From NCBI GenBank assembly GCA_030765145.1, contig JAVCDA010000046.1, positions 6,142-70,141 on the forward strand: a stretch of DNA of 64,000 nt. Reading direction: 5' to 3'. The notes beneath the pieces were generated by a model. It searched no databases. It saw nothing but the letters and a program-made list of their open reading frames with translations, and was not told where the DNA came from. Numbering within the stretch: the stretch's first letter is position 1; each line of letters begins with the position of its first letter. The translations under genes and the position numbers were made by a program. Origin of the DNA: Candidatus Saelkia tenebricola (GTDB lineage: Bacteria; Omnitrophota; Gorgyraeia; Kaelpiales; Kaelpiaceae). Shown here piece after piece: positions 59,789 to 64,000 of this stretch.

Positions 59789-59852
59789 GAATGTTGTGGT
59801 ATATATCTTGTGACAGCATTTTATTCACACTTTTTAAAAATTTTTATAAAAT

Positions 59853-59881
59853 TTGATTTTTTAATGATTAAATGGTATAAT
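59853..59881 (+). promoter_or_regulatory. sigma70-type promoter with extended -10
   Basis: TTGATT-17 bp-TATAAT with TG at the extended -10 position. Confidence 0.7.
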
Positions 59882-59901
59882 TATACTAAGGAGAAAGAAT
59901 T

Positions 59902-60258
59902 ATGAAGAAAGTTTTATATAAAAGAGAGACTTCAAGGGATAGAAAGAAGAAATTTATTTCTTTTCAACAGAGGCTGAAAAAAGAGGGGAGAAAGATTGAT
60001 ATTTACAGAAAATGTAACTATGATATAAAAGAAGACAAGCGTTTTAAAGATCAGTTGGAAATCGATGAATTTTTAAATCAAATGTCATTTCATCAGGAAT
60101 TAAGCCATGTATACATTAAAAAAATTGTAGATACCAAAAGCGATAAAGTTGTTATAAGTTATATATCCCGGGGTATTATCTTTGCGATATTAAAACGTAC
60201 TTTGTATAGGATATCTTTTAAACAAGAACATGTCTTAGAATCGATTCCTTTTCAGTAA
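59902..60258 (+). CDS. hypothetical basic protein (118 aa)
   Basis: Own promoter and SD AAGGAG; no family recognised. Confidence 0.65.
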   Translation: MKKVLYKRETSRDRKKKFISFQQRLKKEGRKIDIYRKCNYDIKEDKRFKDQLEIDEFLNQMSFHQELSHVYIKKIVDTKSDKVVISYISRGIIFAILKRTLYRISFKQEHVLESIPFQ

Positions 60259-60320
60259 ATTTAACTTTTCTGTAAGTTTTCCAAGTTTACACGTTTGTAA
60301 GTTTAGCATATACTATTTTT

Positions 60321-61001
60321 ATGAATTTAGATAATCCTCTTGTAATTATTCCGGTTCATAATGAAGCAAGGCTTTTAGGTGGTGTGTTAAAAGATATTCT
60401 AAGATTAAATATGTTCGATGTTCTTGTTGTTGACGATGGTTCTCATGATAAAACATGTGAAGTTGTGAATTTATACAATGTGGTTTTAATAAAAAATAAT
60501 GTTAATTTAGGTAAAGGTGCGGCATTGAAGCGAGGTTTTGATTATGCATTAGAAAACGGATATCAGTCTGTAATTACAGTTGATGGCGATGGCCAACATA
60601 AAAGTGAAGATCTGTTAATAGTTTATCAAGCTTTTTTAGATAGTGAGTCAGACATAATAATAGGTAATCGAATGTGGTGTCCGTTAGGTATGCCTAAAAT
60701 AAGAAAAGTAACTAATTTTCTTATGTCCAAATTGCTTTCTCGGTTAACCGGGACAAGAATTCCGGACTCTCAATGCGGATTAAAATTAATTAGAAGAAGA
60801 ATTCTTAGTGATGTAAATATTTCAAGTAATAAATTTGAAGTTGAATCTGAGATTTTATTTCAATCCATACAGAAGGATTATAAAATTAAATCTGTAAATA
60901 TTTCTTCTATTTATATCCCTGAAAGAAAAAGTCATATCAGGCCGTTGCAAGATACGGTACGGTTTTTCAAATATTTGGTAAAAATCTTTTTTAATAAATG
61001 A
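60321..61001 (+). CDS. GT2 glycosyltransferase (DPM1-like)
   Basis: 'IIPVHNE', 'DDGS.D', 'GKGAAL', 'DGDGQH', 'DSQCG'. Confidence 0.9.
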   Translation: MNLDNPLVIIPVHNEARLLGGVLKDILRLNMFDVLVVDDGSHDKTCEVVNLYNVVLIKNNVNLGKGAALKRGFDYALENGYQSVITVDGDGQHKSEDLLIVYQAFLDSESDIIIGNRMWCPLGMPKIRKVTNFLMSKLLSRLTGTRIPDSQCGLKLIRRRILSDVNISSNKFEVESEILFQSIQKDYKIKSVNISSIYIPERKSHIRPLQDTVRFFKYLVKIFFNK

Positions 61002-61639
61002 GTTTCAAATCCCAAAGAGTAGCAATGGTACGAGATCAAATTAAATCCCGTGGTATTAAAAATGCTGATGTCGTTCGAGCTATGCTAAAAGTGGAAAGAG
61101 ACAAATTCTTACCCCAAACTCTTGTGTCTTGCGCTTATTCCGATTATCCTTTGCCTATCTCCTGTGGGCAGACTATTTCCCAGCCTTTTATGGTAGGGTT
61201 GATGAGTGAATGTTTGAAAATTGTAAAAAACAATTCAGTTTTAGAAATCGGTACCGGAAGCGGTTATCAAACGGCATTGCTTAGGGAAATGACTGATGAA
61301 GTTTATACTGTAGAAAGATATCCTCAGCTTTTAGAACGGGCAGAGAATGTTCTAGAGTCTTTAGGGTATGATGATATACATTTTAAATTAGGAGATGGTA
61401 CTTTGGGCTGGGATGAGTTTGCGCCTTATGATAGGATTATTGTAACTGCTTCAGCTCCTTCAATCCCTCGATCGTTATTTCAACAGCTTAAAGAAGAAGG
61501 GAGGCTTATAATTCCAGTGGGGGGGAAATATCATCAGGAATTGAAAATCGTAGTTAAAAAAGGTATGGTATCGGAGGAAGATGATATATGCGGTTGTGTT
61601 TTTGTTCCGTTGATTGGAAAAGAAGGGTGGGAAGAATAG
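60998..61639 (+). CDS. pcm: protein-L-isoaspartate O-methyltransferase
   Basis: 'GQTISQP', 'LEIGTGSGYQ', 'APYDRIIVTA', 'FVPL'. Confidence 0.95.
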   Translation: MSFKSQRVAMVRDQIKSRGIKNADVVRAMLKVERDKFLPQTLVSCAYSDYPLPISCGQTISQPFMVGLMSECLKIVKNNSVLEIGTGSGYQTALLREMTDEVYTVERYPQLLERAENVLESLGYDDIHFKLGDGTLGWDEFAPYDRIIVTASAPSIPRSLFQQLKEEGRLIIPVGGKYHQELKIVVKKGMVSEEDDICGCVFVPLIGKEGWEE

Positions 61640-61651
61640 AAAGGAGATAGA

Positions 61652-62107
61652 ATGGAGAATATTTTAAGGGTTATCTTAACAGCTGCAATGCCGGTTTCAG
61701 AATTGAGAGGCGCAATTCCTTTAGCAATATTCGGTTATAAATTTTCACTTCCAGAAGCGTTCTTAATTTCTGTAATTGGTAATCTATTACCGGTTCCTTT
61801 TTTATTGTTACTTTTTGCTCCCGTTGCTAAAAAATTAAGAGAACTCTTCTTTTTAAAAAAGTTTTTTCTCTGGTTAGAAAATCGGACAAAAAAGAAAGCC
61901 AGGCTTATTGAAAAGTATGAATTTTTAGGTCTGATATTGTTTGTTGCGGTGCCATTTCCTACTACAGGTGCCTGGACAGGATCTTTTGCCGCAACTATAT
62001 TTAAAATAAGATTTCGCCGGGCTTTCTTGGCTATTACATTGGGGGTAATTATAGCCGGTATCATTGTGACTCTTCTTTCTTGGGGCGGGATATTGTTCCT
62101 TAAATAA
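61652..62107 (+). CDS. small multidrug export-like membrane protein (COG2426)
   Basis: 'P.SELRGAIP', '[14 protein letters not shown]'. Confidence 0.85.
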   Translation: MENILRVILTAAMPVSELRGAIPLAIFGYKFSLPEAFLISVIGNLLPVPFLLLLFAPVAKKLRELFFLKKFFLWLENRTKKKARLIEKYEFLGLILFVAVPFPTTGAWTGSFAATIFKIRFRRAFLAITLGVIIAGIIVTLLSWGGILFLK

Positions 62108-62127
62108 TAATAAATCAAAAAATTTTT

Positions 62128-64000
62128 ATGGAATTTAAATTAGTAAGTACATATGAGCCTACTGGTGATCAACCCCAGGCAATTGAGGAATTGAGAGAGG
62201 GCATTTCGAGAAACACATCACACCAGACACTTTTGGGTGTTACCGGAAGTGGCAAAACATTTACTATTGCCAATATTATAGATAGTGTAAACAAACCAAC
62301 GCTTGTGATATCACACAATAAGACGCTTGCGGCTCAATTATATCAGGAATTTAAAGAGTTTTTTCCTTACAATGCGGTTGAATATTTTGTCAGTTATTAT
62401 GATTACTATCAACCCGAAGCGTATATTTCTCAAACAGATACCTACATAGAAAAGGATGCTTCCATTAATGAAGAGCTGGATAAATTGAGATTAAGAGCTA
62501 CTGCAGCTCTAATGATGAGAAAAGATGTAATAGTTGTTGCTTCTGTTTCCTGTATTTATAATCTGGGTTCTCCTCAGGAATATAAAGAGCTGTTTTTTGA
62601 ATTAGAAAGAGCGCAAATTATATCAAGGAAAGATATGTTGCGATCTTTGATTGAAATTCAGTATGAAAGGAATGATACAGAGCTTAAAAGAGGTAGTTTT
62701 TGTGTCAGAGGGGATGTGATAGAAATCCATCCGACTTATGATGATAAAGCCATAAGAGTTGAGTTTGATGATGATGAAGTTAAAAACATAGAGACATTTG
62801 ATGTTCTAACGCGCAATAAAATTTCTGAGATTGAAAGACTGGTAGTTTATCCTGCTAAGCATTTTGTTACAACTGAAGATAGGATTGAATCCGCACTGGT
62901 TTCTATTGAAAACGAACTGGAGTTAAGGTTGAAAGAATTAAAAAAAGAAGGAAAACTTTTGGAATTCGAAAGATTAAAATCCAGGACAAGATATGATATG
63001 GAAATGTTACGGGAAGTAGGTTACTGTCATGGGATTGAAAACTATTCTCGGCATCTCTCATCAAGGCCTCAAGGTATGCGTCCATACTGCTTAATAGATT
63101 ATTTAGGAGATGATTTTCTTACTATTATTGATGAGTCTCATGTTGCAATTCCTCAACTTAGAGGGATGTATAACGGTGATAGAGCAAGAAAACAGAATCT
63201 GGTTGATTTTGGATTTCGTTTACCGTCATGTCTGGAGAACAGGCCTTTAAAGTTTAAGGAGTTTGAAAATATAATACATGATGTTATTTTCGTATCTGCG
63301 ACTCCGTCTGAATATGAAATCAAAAAAAGCGATATGCGTGTGGTGGAACAAATTATCAGGCCTACAGGTTTACTTGACCCTGCAATTGTAGTAAATCCGT
63401 CCAAAGGTCAGATTGAAAATTTAGTTACAGAGATAAAAAAAAGATCTATTAGGTGTGAAAGAACCATTGTTACAACTTTAACAAAAAGAATGGCAGAAGA
63501 TTTATCGGATTATTTAGAGGAGCTTGGTGTAAAAGTGCAGTATTTACATTCTGAGATAAATACGATTGAAAGGGTTAAAATATTAAAAGCCCTAAGACTT
63601 AAGGAGATTGATTGCATTGTGGGGATCAATCTTTTGCGGGAAGGGTTAGACTTGCCTGAAGTTTCACTTGTAGCTATTTTAGATGCTGATAAAGAAGGTT
63701 TTTTAAGGTCTTTTACTTCTTTGATTCAGGTTGCAGGCCGTGCTGCGAGGAATGTTAATGGTAAAGTTATTATGTATGCGGATAATATTACAGATTCTAT
63801 GAAAAAAGTTATTTTTGAAACAGAAAGAAGAAGAACTGTTCAATCAGAGTATAATAAAAAACACCACATTACCCCTGCAACTGTTAAAAAGGCAATTCGC
63901 AATCATCTTGAATCTTATGAAGAAGCAAAAAAGATAGTGAGGGATGTAAGCGGGGATGAAGATTTTGATTTCCAGTTTATCATTCTAGAGCTTTATAGGG
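62128..64000 (+). CDS. uvrB: excinuclease ABC subunit B, runs off the window end
   Basis: Not in the ORF track (no stop in window); translates [19 protein letters not shown], 'GVTGSGKT', '[10 protein letters not shown]', 'IDESH'. Confidence 0.96.
   Translation, partial: MEFKLVSTYEPTGDQPQAIEELREGISRNTSHQTLLGVTGSGKTFTIANIIDSVNKPTLVISHNKTLAAQLYQEFKEFFPYNAVEYFVSYYDYYQPEAYISQTDTYIEKDASINEELDKLRLRATAALMMRKDVIVVASVSCIYNLGSPQEYKELFFELERAQIISRKDMLRSLIEIQYERNDTELKRGSFCVRGDVIEIHPTYDDKAIRVEFDDDEVKNIETFDVLTRNKISEIERLVVYPAKHFVTTEDRIESALVSIENELELRLKELKKEGKLLEFERLKSRTRYDMEMLREVGYCHGIENYSRHLSSRPQGMRPYCLIDYLGDDFLTIIDESHVAIPQLRGMYNGDRARKQNLVDFGFRLPSCLENRPLKFKEFENIIHDVIFVSATPSEYEIKKSDMRVVEQIIRPTGLLDPAIVVNPSKGQIENLVTEIKKRSIRCERTIVTTLTKRMAEDLSDYLEELGVKVQYLHSEINTIERVKILKALRLKEIDCIVGINLLREGLDLPEVSLVAILDADKEGFLRSFTSLIQVAGRAARNVNGKVIMYADNITDSMKKVIFETERRRTVQSEYNKKHHITPATVKKAIRNHLESYEEAKKIVRDVSGDEDFDFQFIILELYR

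Noticed and set aside
59789-59901. Replication origin
   Set aside because: Only one DnaA-box match, and gene orientation does not switch

Overview
AT-rich bacterial chromosomal segment, densely coding and almost entirely on the + strand (only thpR, the CinA/PncC gene and mgtE are on -). It is mostly housekeeping: a cobalamin/Fe-type ABC importer, NDP-sugar enzymes, the CIRCE-hrcA-grpE-dnaK-dnaJ heat-shock operon, accD, leuD-leuB-asd-truA, tRNA-Arg(ACG)-tadA-tRNA-Ser(GCT)-dnaX-recR, an arg/lys(DapL pathway)/folK/panC/nadX run, gap, LPS-type genes, mgtE, a helicase-nuclease, lepB, der, plsY, pcm and a 3'-truncated uvrB. The diderm-type DnaK and a GT9 gene indicate a diderm; an uncultured PVC-type lineage such as Omnitrophota is only a guess. 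I saw no mobile elements, CRISPR arrays or rRNA. Four loci stand out. (1) A gene pair between dapB and dapL: a CHASE2-PP2C protein and a NucS-like protein, both appearing to have lost catalytic residues. (2) Two small unknown genes behind a sigma54-type promoter with an upstream palindrome. (3) A six-gene glycan/lipid tailoring locus whose 990-aa B12-radical SAM enzyme carries a duplicated C-terminal domain. (4) An attenuator-like leader ahead of an orphan PAS histidine kinase. All calls come from reading motifs by eye; no database searches were run.
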